Shown here: positions 12,595 to 25,509 of the stretch, in pieces
How the letters are laid out: each line of letters opens with the position of its first letter
Position numbering within the stretch: the stretch's first letter is position 1
From: Adineta vaga
Taxonomy: Eukaryota > Animalia > Rotifera
DNA: 64,000 nucleotides
Assembly: GCA_021613535.1 (NCBI GenBank)
Contig: CP075494.1
Coordinates: 9,300,001-9,364,000, forward strand
Reading direction: 5' to 3'
Notes under the pieces: generated by a model
Databases searched by the model: none
The model's input: only the letters and a program-made list of their open reading frames with translations
Told to the model about the DNA's origin: nothing
Translations under genes and position numbers: made by a program

Positions 12595-13775
12595 ATGGCA
12601 AACAACAATGAGAGAGCTAATGCAGCTGATGCTCTATTTGTATGTTTCTGCGAAACTTTTTCTTCTCCAAAAATTCTTTGAAAATAATCTCTTTGCTTAT
12701 TTTATTAAGGTTAAAGTCGATCCACCTTCATCTCATTCATCCTATAAACGATCACCCCCATCAAATGTATTGGGAGAACAAATTCGTGTTGTATCAGGAT
12801 GTGCCGCAAATATTTTATCTTCCATTGGTATTATATTTCTTAATAAATATATTTTTTCACATTGTCAAATTAAAACAATGACATTAACGGCAATTCAAAT
12901 GGCTTTTACAACATTAGGATTAATCATCTGTTTAAAAATGAATACATTCGTACGTAAATCAGTTCCATTAATGAAAGTCTTACCATTAGCCATTGCTTTT
13001 TGTGCTTTTGTCGTCTTTACAAATCTTTCATTAGAACATAATACAATTGGTACATATCAATTATTTAAAGTATTAACAACGCCAGTTGTTGCATTGATTT
13101 CATGGCAATATTATAAAACAAAATATTCACGTATGGTGATTGCAACATTAATACCTGTAGTCATTGGTGTATGTACACATTCAGTGAATGATATTAAATT
13201 ATCAATATTTGGCACAGTTATTGCAGCCATTGGTGTCATTGCAGCATCACTTTATCAAGTTTGGGTTGGTGAACGTTTGAAAGAATTAGATATGAATTCT
13301 CAACAATTACTTTTCTATCAAGCACCATTATCAGCTATTTTATTAGTACCATGTATTCTTTTAATGGAAAGTTTTCCTTCGTATAAAACAAGTAAAGAAC
13401 AACAAGCAGCATTTCTTGCAGTAGTTGCATCTGGTATTGTTGCATTCGTAGTCAATTTATCCGTTTATTGGGTGATTAAAAATACGTAAGTGATTTATTA
13501 TGATCTTTTCTGATGGATAAGTATAATACATATATATATATATATATTTGTAATTTAGGTCGGCATTGACATATAATATGATTGGACATATGAAAACCGT
13601 TTCAATTCTGGTTGGTGGTTTTGTTCTTTTTCAAGATAACTTGAATTTTAAACAATTTCTTGGTATTTTATTAACTTTATTTGGTCTTTTTGCTTATACA
13701 TTCGTGAAAATGGGCGAACAAAATCAATTACCATGTAAACGTTGGAATACAAATCCTACGAATAGTATAGTTTAA
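12595..13775 (+). CDS. SLC35E3: SLC35E3-like nucleotide-sugar/triose-phosphate transporter family protein, 3 exons
   Basis: SSIGIIFLNKYIF, FVVFTNLSLEHNTIGTYQLFKVLTTP, QLLFYQAPLS, TYNMIGHMKT. First exon MANNNERANAADALF. Confidence 0.85.
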
Positions 13776-14231
13776 AAGCTAAAAGTTTAACATTATCTCA
13801 CTTGTTATTTATCATTATTATTTCTCTTCTTAATCAGAAATAAGAAAAATTCATTTTAATAAAAATTGATATTGTGATAATTGTTTGTTGCTACTCTCTA
13901 TTACATTTCCTTTTTTGTATGTTAAGCTTCTTGTAATCGTCAAAAATTATGTTTTATGAATACACCAGTCGAAAAAAATAAAAGATTCTGTCCTACCACC
14001 TATCAATCTATATCGACTAATCTTTGTTTTGTTTTATGAAGAAAATATGGAAATTGAGACGAGAAATCATAAATTCAGATAATTATTCTTTTATTTTCGA
14101 ATCTACAACAAAATGAGCTACACAAATAACAAAAACAACAACATTTCAATTCATTCAGATAAACAAGAATACTTCTACGAAGAAGCATAATAATAAACAA
14201 TTTCTTCAATAATACTAGAATTATTTGAATT

Positions 14232-16103
14232 TTATTCTTCAAGAGCAGCAGCAGCTGCTGCTGCTTCTGCTTCCTTACGACGTTTTTTCTCCTTTTTTCG
14301 TCGTTTCTTTTCTTTTGCTAATATTTGTTCACGTTCAACTTCAGCTTCTTCCAAAGCAATTTTCATTACATCAACATTTTTCGGTGGTAATTCACCATTA
14401 TCATAGAATTTCAACCGATCCGATACTTGTTGTTTTAAATGATCACCAAAAACTGTAGTTGGAATATCTGAAGTATCAGAACAAAAATTAAAAACTAATG
14501 CATCCAAAGACAAACAAACCCGAAAAACAATCAATTCGTGATGCAATTGCACATTTATTTGCAAGGTAACGAGATATACGACCTTTATTTTGTGTACTTG
14601 CTTTACCAATATGTGATGAATGATAGATAAGACCGTATTTTGGTGTATTGCCTTTGGTTTTCAATGCCCTGAAAGATACGATTCAAACAGATATTAATTG
14701 AATCAAATATCTTACCGAAAAAGTGCCTTTTCCGCACCTAAAATTTGAATTGTTGATGCAGGATACTTTGCAAGATTAGTTAAACTACCCGCATGAGCAA
14801 TAAGACGAGCACCGATCTAAAGAAATTGTATCAATACACTATATATTCAATGAACACATCAAAGATCTAAGAAATATCAATGTTCTATGATTCGTACTTG
14901 TTCACCGATTAACATCGCTAAATTTGGAGCTACTTGTCCCATTTTACTCTTCAAATACTATAACAAAGATAGGTCTATATTATTTAATATGAAAATAAAA
15001 AATCAACTGTTTACTTCTTGTAAACTTTTTCTATATTCAAATAAATGAATAACACGATTCGCAAATGATTCAATATTAATCAAATCAATGGGTGAAATAT
15101 CCATTCCTAAAATATTCAATCAAAATTTTTGTTGTCATTGTGAAAGTCAATATCACAAACCAATTGTTGTTTTCATTGCTTCAAAGATGGCTGCTGTTTT
15201 TCCACTATCCATTGTAATTGCTTCTAATTCTTCTTCACGATCGATTGTAAAATCTTTTCGATTTTTCATCAAATGTACAACACGTGCATAGGTATAATTA
15301 TCTGTAACAATTCGAATCAATTCGGGAAAATGATAACCATACCATTCTCTAAAGAGTAATTTGTACGAAAGAGAAAGTTCGTTTTTTTTGGAACAATTAT
15401 CTTACCGAATACGCATGGAAAATGTATTGATATCTTTATCAAGTTGATCGAGTAATGCTATTGATTGTATAATCATATTATCAACACGATTTACATTAAA
15501 CTTAACTTTTGCACGAGAATACGCATGACCTAAACCAAGTTGTGCTTTATTTTGATTTTGATCAGTTAAACCTTTGACTAAGTTGGGAAAATGAAGACGA
15601 AGACCTGTAAGTAGACGAAAATCTCAATTTAAATTTGTTCTGTTTTTTTTAAATTTAATACAATTTCTACCTCGTAGAAGTTCAGGTACAACGCCTGTAT
15701 GTTGACATGTAATGGAAAATAATTCATTAATGGTAGATGCTATACGCGAATCAGCCACGCCAAGACTCATTTTAGCACGTTTCTTTTCTTTGGGTAAGTT
15801 TGTATCGAGAAATGTTCGCAGATCATCATGAACTAAGCCTTCAGATATTGAATTCATATTATCCAATGCATTCACACCAGATTGAAATGGATGAAATGCT
15901 GTTAGTTTAACAACAGTTGCAAATTTTGATAGATCAAGTACGCTTGCTTCTACTTGTGGTATGTTCATACCGATTTCTTCAAATTCACGTATTTGAAATA
16001 ATGCATAACCAGATGCATGTTCAAACAGAATATATAATTTCGGCTAAATAAAAGATAAAAACAAGTCTTAAGATTGAAAAACCATTAGTCATTTTATTAC
16101 CAT
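14232..16103 (-). CDS. NOP56: Nucleolar protein 56 (box C/D snoRNP)
   Basis: M|[59 protein letters not shown], and a Lys-rich tail. Confidence 0.97.
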
Positions 16104-16440
16104 ATTTCTTTCTCTGTTGCTGTTCGTTCAATTAAAATACAAATATGATGAACGTAAGAACGTTAAAGAATTGCTATAAAGTTGTTGTATTAGTTCATCC
16201 ATCAATCAGTATGTTGATGAATAAGAGGGCGCTGTGCATCAATCATTATTTCATTTCAAAGTCACTAAATGACTTAAGATCTGAAAAAAGAGTTATGTAA
16301 AAAAACGAGCTTCAATCTCAAGAACTTTATACATGTAAGACGAAAGTTTTACTTTCTTTCTCTATTAAGTTTCGTTCGAGCGACAAAACTAGACGATGTG
16401 CAAAATGAAATATTATCACTCTATACGATTTTAAACAGGT

Positions 16441-16451
16441 GCCGCCATCTT
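16441..16451. promoter_or_regulatory. YY1-type motif in the divergent NOP56/ARPC4 promoter
   Basis: GCCGCCATCTT between two head-to-head housekeeping genes whose starts are ~525 bp apart. Confidence 0.5.
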
Positions 16452-16628
16452 TTATAGATAAATTAAAACATGACTAGTCTAACGATACTAGGAACGATCG
16501 AATCATTACAAAGAAAGAATTATTTTGTTGTTTGTTCTGTTTAACATCAACTATTTTACGTTTGTTCGTCCATTTGTGGCTTTTATCTGCATAATCTTTT
16601 TCTCAATTGTCTGTAAAGTTTAAATACT

Positions 16629-17386
16629 ATGACACAACCGGTGCCTCCTAGAGTAAGATTATTATTTATTTACTATATAATCATCACTAATTTCATTATT
16701 TTAGACGTCCGCTCATAAACCGTATCTTGACGCTATCCGTGCAACACTTCAAGCTGCATTCTGTATTGAAAATTTCGAATCCCAAGTTGTCGAACGACAC
16801 AATAAACCTGAAGTTGAAGTGAAGTATGTTTATTCGAAATATTGATAAAACGAAAGAACAAGTATCTCTTTCTATTCAATTTAGATCTTCAAAACAATTA
16901 TTACTTAATCCAGTTGTGGTTAGTCGTAATCAAAATGAACGAATTCTCATCGAAGGTTCTGTTAATTCCGTCCGAATAAGTATTGCTGTGAAACAAGTAA
17001 ACATTTATTCTATTTCTTCTATCTTTAATTTCAAACTTACTCTATAGGCGGATGATCTTGAAAAGATTTTATGCAAACGTTTAATGCGTTTTATGATGCA
17101 ACGAGCTGATGATTTTCATATACTACGACGAAAACCAATTCCTGTATGTTAATTAGTTCATTTCTTCGATCATTGTATAGATGAAATCATTTTCTCTTTC
17201 ATTTAGGAGTATGATATTAGTTTTTTAATCACAAATTTTCATGCTGAAACCATGTATAAACATCGTTTGGTTGATTTTATAATTTATTTTCTCGAAGAAA
17301 TCGACAAAGAAATCAGTGAAATGAAATTAGCTGTTAGCTCACGTGCTCGAATGTGTGCAGAAGAATTTTTAAAGAAATTCAACTAA
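16629..17386 (+). CDS. ARPC4: Actin-related protein 2/3 complex subunit 4
   Basis: [79 protein letters not shown]. Confidence 0.97.
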
Positions 17387-17892
17387 TCATTCCATTCAAT
17401 ATATAGGAATTTAATAGCTACACTATGATAATGTATATCTATCTTGAGAAAAAAAAATAGCAAACTTATCTTTTCGTATAACGCTGTGGTTCGCATGTGA
17501 AATGATTGTATTTGGTGATTTTCTCTTCCTTCTCTTTTTTCTTTTCTTCGTTATTGATGGCCATCTTTTTCTTTTGCTTTTAATATATACATATACATAC
17601 ATTAAACATTGTTTACATTTATACGTTCAGTTTTATATTTGAAAAGAAATACAAACATCGATTATTAACATTTTCTTCTTTGATTTATAAAGAAATTCTG
17701 CTTCGTTTTCAATGGTTTTGTATCTCTACGTTCAGCAGTGTATTTGTTCGTAAGAAATGAAATACAAAATTAGATAAAAAAATATGTGTCGTCAATTGAG
17801 ATCATATGTTCGCATAAATCCTACTATTATATGTTGTCATATGCACTCAAAACCTCCGCGAACACATTACTAGTGAACCTTGTTCTCTCAAT

Positions 17893-17975
17893 ATTGCATC
17901 AGGGTATTGCGAAAGAAAAGAAAAAAGAAGAACGCAAATGACGTCACCAATACACAGAACTCGATTCCATATAAA
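17893..17975 (+). promoter_or_regulatory. AOX promoter: CARE/AARE, CRE, CCAAT, TATA
   Basis: ATTGCATCA 17893-17901 (reverse complement TGATGCAAT), TGACGTCA 17939-17946, CCAAT at 17947, TATAAA 17970-17975. Confidence 0.6.
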
Positions 17976-18020
17976 CATTACGATAGGCGTTCTATACTAT
18001 ATGATTTTCTAGGATACAAA

Positions 18021-19245
18021 ATGAGTTTAATGATAAGAACAACAAATTTATTACTTCATAATTCTCATTTGACTTCGTCAACAGTAAAATGTTTATCTCA
18101 GTTGAATTATATTCAACCATGTGTCTCTCTTCATACATGTTTACCGTTGATGAACGAAGGACAACAGCAACATCATTTAACAGAAATTGAACAGAAACGT
18201 AAGTAGAAAATATTTCATACCTATTGATAATTGTTATTGTGCAAAAAATTTGAAAAATTATACATAGCATCAAATGATTATATGTTACATCATGAAATCT
18301 ATTCGGAAAAGGAACTGCAAAATATCAAAATAACTCATAAAAAACTCGAATCGTGGCATGATCGAGTTGCTTATGCAGCTGTTCGTACATTACGTTTATT
18401 TTTCGATACATTCACCGGTTATCTTCATGGATCGACAATGACAAAATATGGGTATCGAAAACAATCTATGACGGAAGAACAATGGTTACGACGTTTTATA
18501 TTTCTTGAAACTATTGCTGGTGTACCAGGCATGGTTGCTGGAATGACTCGTCATATGAAATCACTTCGTAAGCTGAAGTTAATATGAAGCTGAAGATCAG
18601 TTTCGATATTTAAAGGTACAATGCGTCGTGATCATGGATGGATACATACACTTTTGTCTGAAGCTGAAAATGAACGAATGCATCTATTAACATTTTTAGA
18701 ATTACGACAACCAGGATGGATGTTTCGTGGATTTGTTCTTTTAGGTCAAGGTGCATTTTTCAAGTAAATATCGTTCTTATTCTATTCAATATATCTCAAA
18801 AGAGATTTATTTTTTCAGTGCATTCTTTCTGACTTATCTTCTTTCACCAAAAATATGTCATCGATTCGTTGGTTTCTTGGAAGAAGAAGCAGTCATAACT
18901 TATACTCGATGTCTTGAAGATCTTGATGCAGAAAAACTTCCAGCTTGGTCTCATTTACCAGCACCACAAATTGCTAAGAAGTATTGGAAATTATCAGCTA
19001 ATGCAGTTCTAAGAGATGTCTTATTAGCTATACGTGCTGATGAAGCTACTCATCGTCAGTATGTATTTACAGCTCTAAATCAGATCTATAGATTTCTCAT
19101 TGTAAACTTTTCTTTTAGAGTTAATCATAAATTAGCTGATGTTGGACCTAATGCACCAAATCCATTTTTGATTGAAGTAAATCAAACACAAGATCCACCA
19201 AGTATCGAAGAACAACGAACAATCGATACAGCAGATAAAAAATAA
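18021..19245 (+). CDS. AOX: Mitochondrial alternative oxidase, 5 exons
   Basis: Diiron motifs [28 protein letters not shown] and RADEATHR. The N-terminus is Ser/Thr/Leu-rich, lacks acidic residues and resembles a presequence. Confidence 0.97.
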
Positions 19246-19846
19246 ACATTTATTTTGACTAAATTCTTTTCGCTTTTATAAAACAATATTTACATTCTCT
19301 AATATCGATGAGTTTGAAAAAAACATGTAAAACTCCAATTATGAGCAAATAACTTACCACTTGATTGTAATGATATAGATCTACATTCGAAATTCATATA
19401 TATTCAATATATTATTGATTTATTCAAGTCACGAGGCAATAAGTGTGCGTAATATTGGATAAATAGTCGATCGGAGTATGTAGTACACTTCATTTCTTTC
19501 CTTGGTCTTCTATCGTCGATACACTCCATTGATTTTACATCCTTACATTATCTAATACGATGACATATGTGCGATATGTGTTTCTCTTCCTATTCTTTTT
19601 AGTCCAATAATTATTATTTCAAAGTATACTTTGAAAATCAAGGCATATAATGACGTGCATAATCAAAATGTGTACTCTTTATCTCCTTCCGAAGAAAAAT
19701 CGAGAAGCTTCTGCATTGCTTATTCTTAACCCAACCTCCATACACGCCCCTTTCACTTCATAACCGTATATAAACCTTAGACAAAATCTGTATATTTCAT
19801 TTTTTGAAAAAGTATTTCTTACTCTTCAACGTTTTCGAATCAAACA

Positions 19847-20129
19847 ATGGAAAAAATTACTGAAGCATGCAAAGCTGGTGTTGAAAAAGTCAAAGAAACT
19901 GTCTCTGGAACCAGTAAAGAAGCTAACAAAGAAGTTGCCAAAGATTCCAATCAAAGTTTAGGCACACGTGCTGAAGCATGTTGCAATGCTGTCGGTTAGT
20001 AAATTCTTATAAAAAAACGATCTCTACTTCAATTAATAAACATTCATATTTTCCTATTTAGGTGACAAAATCGATGAAACAAAACATGCTGTTAAAAAGG
20101 AAGAACACAAACAAGAAGCAACTCATTAA
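19847..20129 (+). CDS. grg1: 71-aa Grg1 (fungal glucose-repressible / ccg-1)-like hydrophilic protein, 2 exons
   Basis: Exons 19847-19994 and 20062-20129 give MEKITEACKAGVEKVKETVSGTSKEANKEVAKDSNQSLGTRAEACCNAVGDKIDETKHAVKKEEHKQEATH, with the Grg1 signature SKEANKxVAKDS..GTR. TATATAAA at 19767. Confidence 0.9.
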
Positions 20130-20519
20130 ATTTGCTCAATACGACTGTGTACAATAGATAATCACAAATTACGAACATTTGTTTTCGTTTATATCTTTAT
20201 AAATTAATCAATACTAACAGAAATAATAAAAAATAGAAAAATATCTTTCATAATCATAGTATTTAATTTATCACTAGTAGCAGTAGCAAAAATGTTCTAT
20301 AACAAGAAAAGAATGTTTGTTTCTCATCGTATTGGGATGATGTTTAAACACATCGATTTATCAGTAGTGTAACAAAAATATATACATAATTTATTATTAG
20401 TTCTTCATTGTATTTTTCATTATCAGATCACACGTGCTTTTTGTTTGTAAACACACTCATAATGAGCAAAAATGTCTTGTAACATACAAAGTAACAGTCT
20501 ATTAAAAATCTTGATTTAC

Positions 20520-23500
20520 TTATGATAGATCATCGATTTCAAATCTGTTTATATCAATTAGTGTTTTCTATTATAAAAAGAATAGATAATTTACACATGT
20601 ATCATTTTTATTTAATAAGAATTAAACTTAACTTGTGTAGTAGTCTGTGATTGTTTTATTGTCTAATAAAAGAAGGAGATGACAGATTTATTCAGTAAAG
20701 TCTTACTGTCTTACCTGAATGCAATATTGTTTCTGATTGATTTCTATGATCAATTGTTATCGTAGTAATTGATTTATTTGTATTATTTTTAGAAGACGTT
20801 GATTTTGAAACGTCTGTTGATGTTTGTTTAGATCGTTTGAAATCATCGTTTGTTTCGTCATTGAGTATCTGTTGTAATAGAAGATTATCTTGAAAGAGAT
20901 TATCACTTGTCATTGTTGTTGATATTCTTGGTAAGACAAGAATTTTTGTTGTTGATCGATCTTCAAGTAATTTCAATCCATGTTTCGTTAAAGAACGTCT
21001 TATAAATACTGGCGCTTCATAAACACATTTAGTTATCTGATTTCGAACAGAACCAGTAATAAGTAGAAGATCTTCATATAACTGAATAATATCATCTGTT
21101 GAACATGTTTTATCATTATAAATGAGTAAACCTGCATTTAATAAGCGTCTATTGATTAGAGTAAAATCAGTCATTAGTCGATTCTCGTGTGTTTTTATTC
21201 CTGATTGTTGAAATGGTGAAATATTTGGTAGAATACGTAATGCCAAATGAATACCTCGAAAAGAAAAATCATGAACACAATTCAGATTTTTCGTTTGACA
21301 ATTACTATTTGAACATACTCATTTCAAGCCAAACGATATCCCATAATGCATATGTATTAAAAATATGAAATAATTTTTGTTTTGAAACGAAAAATACTGT
21401 GACATTGGTCAAACATTTTGCTGTTGATTCATGTTTTTCACCATTATTCATCAATAGATCATGAAGACCAATACAGTGACCAGAACGAAATGAATAACGA
21501 CGATGTATTCGTTCACTTGTAGCTGGATGCATTTGTCGATATTTTTCAAATGTTTCATCGAAATATTCATCGAAATTTTCCTCGATTTGATTATGATGAT
21601 AATATTGATGGATACCATCATCAATTGCAATCGATTTATCTCGGAATTTATTATCCGTTGAATTCGTCATTAGATGGTACCATCGAATATAAAATCCATC
21701 TTCAAAAGCAATACGAACTTGTGTGGTAGAAATCGGATATTTATCATTGAAAGATATAATGTCTGTTACTGTGTCTTTTTCAATAGATCTAAAAATCAAT
21801 AAATCGATGGGGAGTAAAAATATTCTAATCATACTTGATAGAATTAATGCCACTAACATAATTTGTATCTACGGATAATATAGATTCTTTTTTGGACCTT
21901 ATCACAGGAATCGTACTGTAACTGAAGTCTTGTCTGATATATTTTCCTTTAGATTTGATATGATTATAGGGATTTAAAATCTGTTGTGTTGTTGATGTCA
22001 TTTTTTTTGAACGATAATTTTCTTTCCATCGTACTTCACTTTGAGATGCGTCTATATCATAGGGATCGAGTTTCCATTCTTCAACGATACCATTTACTAA
22101 TAGATAAACTCCATTGAGTTGATCATTTTTATGCCATAAGAAATCTTGCCAAGAAAAGCTTTGTGGATGTAATAAAGTTTCATTTTCAAAACGTTTTATG
22201 TTTTCATTTGGCAAAGCTTCAAGTAATAATTGTTCAATTTCATTTCTTTGATCAACATTCAATCGTTCATTAGAATAAAGCCAAGAGAATTGTCGAATCC
22301 CAATCATTGGTGAAACAGATGGCATTGTCGATGGTATATGTAAATGAATGTGCATCGTTTTTAATGATTGTTCAAGTAAATCACAATCATCAACATCAAG
22401 AACTCCTCGAGCACGTATTTGTGCTATACCTCGTTTTGCAGTATTGTATAATAAATTAATCGTATGACGTGTTTTGATACTAATTATAGTACCTGGATGA
22501 GTTTCTTGCATTAAAAGAACATGATTTAAAACACTTTTAATGTGTTGAAGTGAAAGTTCACGAATACGAATTCGAATATTTTCTAAAAATAAATTTGAAA
22601 GAGTTGAAAATATGATAAGGAACATAAAATAGTATTTACCATTCTCTGTCAATCGATGTATTATTCGTAGAACTTGTTCTTCAGATGATATATAAGCTAG
22701 ACCAATATCATAACTAATGCTTATATATCTATTGAGAATACAATCAACTAATAGTTGAAGAGGTTGAATCAAAAATAAACATAGAATAATAGATTCGATT
22801 AAACTTAAACTTTTAAGAATATAAAAAGTTAAACATAATTGATTTGTATGTCGTCCTTTCTCAATTAAAATGAAATGAATTATACAACTAAGACAACGAC
22901 AAGTAATACTAAAAGTATATACAATAATCCATATTAGATTTGAACTAGGAAATTTTTGTTGCCGATAATAGGAAAACCAATAATATATTTGAATATAATC
23001 GAAGATTAATAATAGACTAGAAAGAATTTCTAATGTAATATGAAGTGTTTGTATGGTATTATCTAATGATTTATTGCAAAGATTTGTGTGAAGTTGATAG
23101 ATAATAATCATGCATTCGATTAGAATGACAAAAAATGTAAGTAATAAAGAACGAAATAGTTCTTTGAAGAATTGATATTGTTGATCTTGATGGTTAGAAT
23201 ACCAAGGTAGACATTTTTGCCATTGTCGTGTGTTTGTACGTATAAAATTTAATATAGATCGTATTCGAGTTTTACCAATTATATGTTCTTTGATTGTATC
23301 CAGATCAATAAATTGTTTCGGTGTATCAATTGCTTGATCACATAAGGAATTTAATGTGTGAAGTCCATAGGATGATAATTGTCCATTATAATAATTCGAC
23401 CAAAAATGTGTCTTTTGCAATCTGAAATGAATCATGCCTTGTTTCAAATTGATACTAAGAAGATATTGCAAACCTTAAAATTCTTATTCTACAATCTTCA

Positions 23501-25509
23501 AATGTTTGTTTGAATTCTGATTTCGATATGGGAACTGTTACATATGCTTGACAATGATCACATTTAATTGTATCAATATGACGTCTTGATAGAAGATTTT
23601 CCTTAAGTAAATCTTCTTTTTTCTCATCAAATGGTGATTGAATATCAATTGCTTTTTGTACAAAAAGCCAATCGGCTGTTGCTAGAAGTGGATTTTTCTT
23701 TAATGATCGAATCATTTCATTCTGTTTTATTTTCAATTCTTTTATTATTTGTATCATTGTTTGTTTGATTAATTCAGATGTTTGATCCAATCGTAAAATA
23801 TGTACTATCTTCGGTATTGTCAAAGCATTTACTAATGAAAAAACGATTCGATCATTGTAGATATTATTCAATAATATTGTTTACCTGTGCATGTAAGAAA
23901 TACAATTGCTGTTGTATGAATAAGCATGATTTCTGCTTGATAATTTTCTTTAATTTTACTATTGAATAATGTCAATGCAAGAACTAAACTTACACCACCA
24001 CGTAAACCTGACCACATTGTTACAATCGAATCTTTCCATGTAAAACCATATGCAATTTGTTTTAATATAAAATGAATACACAAAAGCATAAGACCTCGAA
24101 CTAATGTTAATATAATATAAATCAAGAGTAATTGTGGTAATGAACTCAATAATGATAACATCTTATCACTTCCACTGTATGTTTTAAGTAAAATGACTCC
24201 AACAGTAATAAATATCAATGAATTTGCTACATAGGCAAGCAATTGCCATGTTTGTTCAGATATTGTTATTGCAGATACACTAAAACAAGCACGATTCATA
24301 TTTAATGTTAAACCAAGTAGTACGACACCGATAACACCAGATGCTTCAACAGCTTCACATGTTAAATAAACAAAATAGGACATCGTTATTGTAATACATG
24401 TTTCTAATTCACCAGCATCAATACGATACAAAGTAAATATAGTTATATGAGCCATAATATACCCTAGATGGGATGAATATATACATGTATATTGATCAAA
24501 AAGATGATGATTCGATTCTTACCTATTAAAATAGCTGTTGCAATCGTTTTTAAGACAAATTTAAGAAGATAAATAGCAGTAATTTTACGTTTAATAAGAA
24601 ATCTAATGACATGTGCACATCGTTCGGAATTAATTCCAAGAAGAGTTGCACGAGTTTCTTGTAAAACTTCTTTATCCGACTTAATTGCTTCATAAATTAA
24701 ATTTTTTATTAGAGTATAAATAGTTATTGCCGCAGCATCATTCAATAACTAAAATAGAATTGTATCTTCATATATAACTTCGACAATTATCATACCGATT
24801 CTCCTTCGATAACAGTCGATAATGTTTTCAATGATGTCATTGACTTCAATAGACTAACAACAGATACAGGATCAGTTGCTGAAACAACTGCTGAATATAG
24901 AACAGCTTGATCCCATGTCCAACATGTTTGAACATCATTGGTATGTTCATTTTCATACCAATACATCACAGCTAGAGTTGTCAATGCCACGGATATAAAG
25001 AAACCTATTTAGATATAGTATTAGATTCGCAGACTGTCTGATGGTTTCTGTTTCTTTCTTTTTTTTTTGAACAAAACAATGCGTACCGAGAATAGCTAAT
25101 GTAAGAATTTGTCCAAGACATTTGATGAAAATATGTGGATCACATGAAAAAGCACTTTCAAAGATTAGAATTGGTAAAAATATAGCGAGAATTTGAACAG
25201 GTGTTAAATTAGCAATAAACGTAAATCGTTTAATCAGTTCATATTGATAGAAAGCACCAAGAACAGCACCAACAAGCATTAAGATTACCGTATATGGAAG
25301 TGATAGATGATAATGTCTTTAAAATAGGAAAAATAAAAGTTCAAGTAGATTATATATAGATTATACCTGAGTATTTTTCGAAGAATAGTAGCAAAGAAAA
25401 GTACAAGAAATGGATAGATAAATTCAGGTCCAAGTCCACGTGTATTAGTTGGAGATATTTCATTGCAGGGTGTACCGTAGACATTTCTCTGTTCAATTAA
25501 CGATGCCAT
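20520..25509 (-). CDS. SLC9C1: SLC9C-like (sperm-type) Na+/H+ exchanger with VSD-like and CNBD-like regions
   Basis: FLPILIFESAF, SATDPVSVV, IEGES(L)LNDAAAI and WSGLRGGVSL, followed by a 4-TM bundle, ISYDIGLAYISSEEQV and a CNBD-like GVYLLVNGIV. Apparent frame shifts coincide with introns. Confidence 0.85.

Noticed and set aside
16145-16284. Possible box C/D snoRNA near NOP56 (ATGATGA...CTGA)
   Set aside because: Outside and antisense to the NOP56 introns, with no terminal stem or rRNA guide recognised; expected by chance in AT-rich DNA.
21790-23471. Apparent frameshifts between overlapping SLC9C ORFs
   Set aside because: Explained by short GT-AG introns; neither programmed frameshifting nor pseudogenisation.
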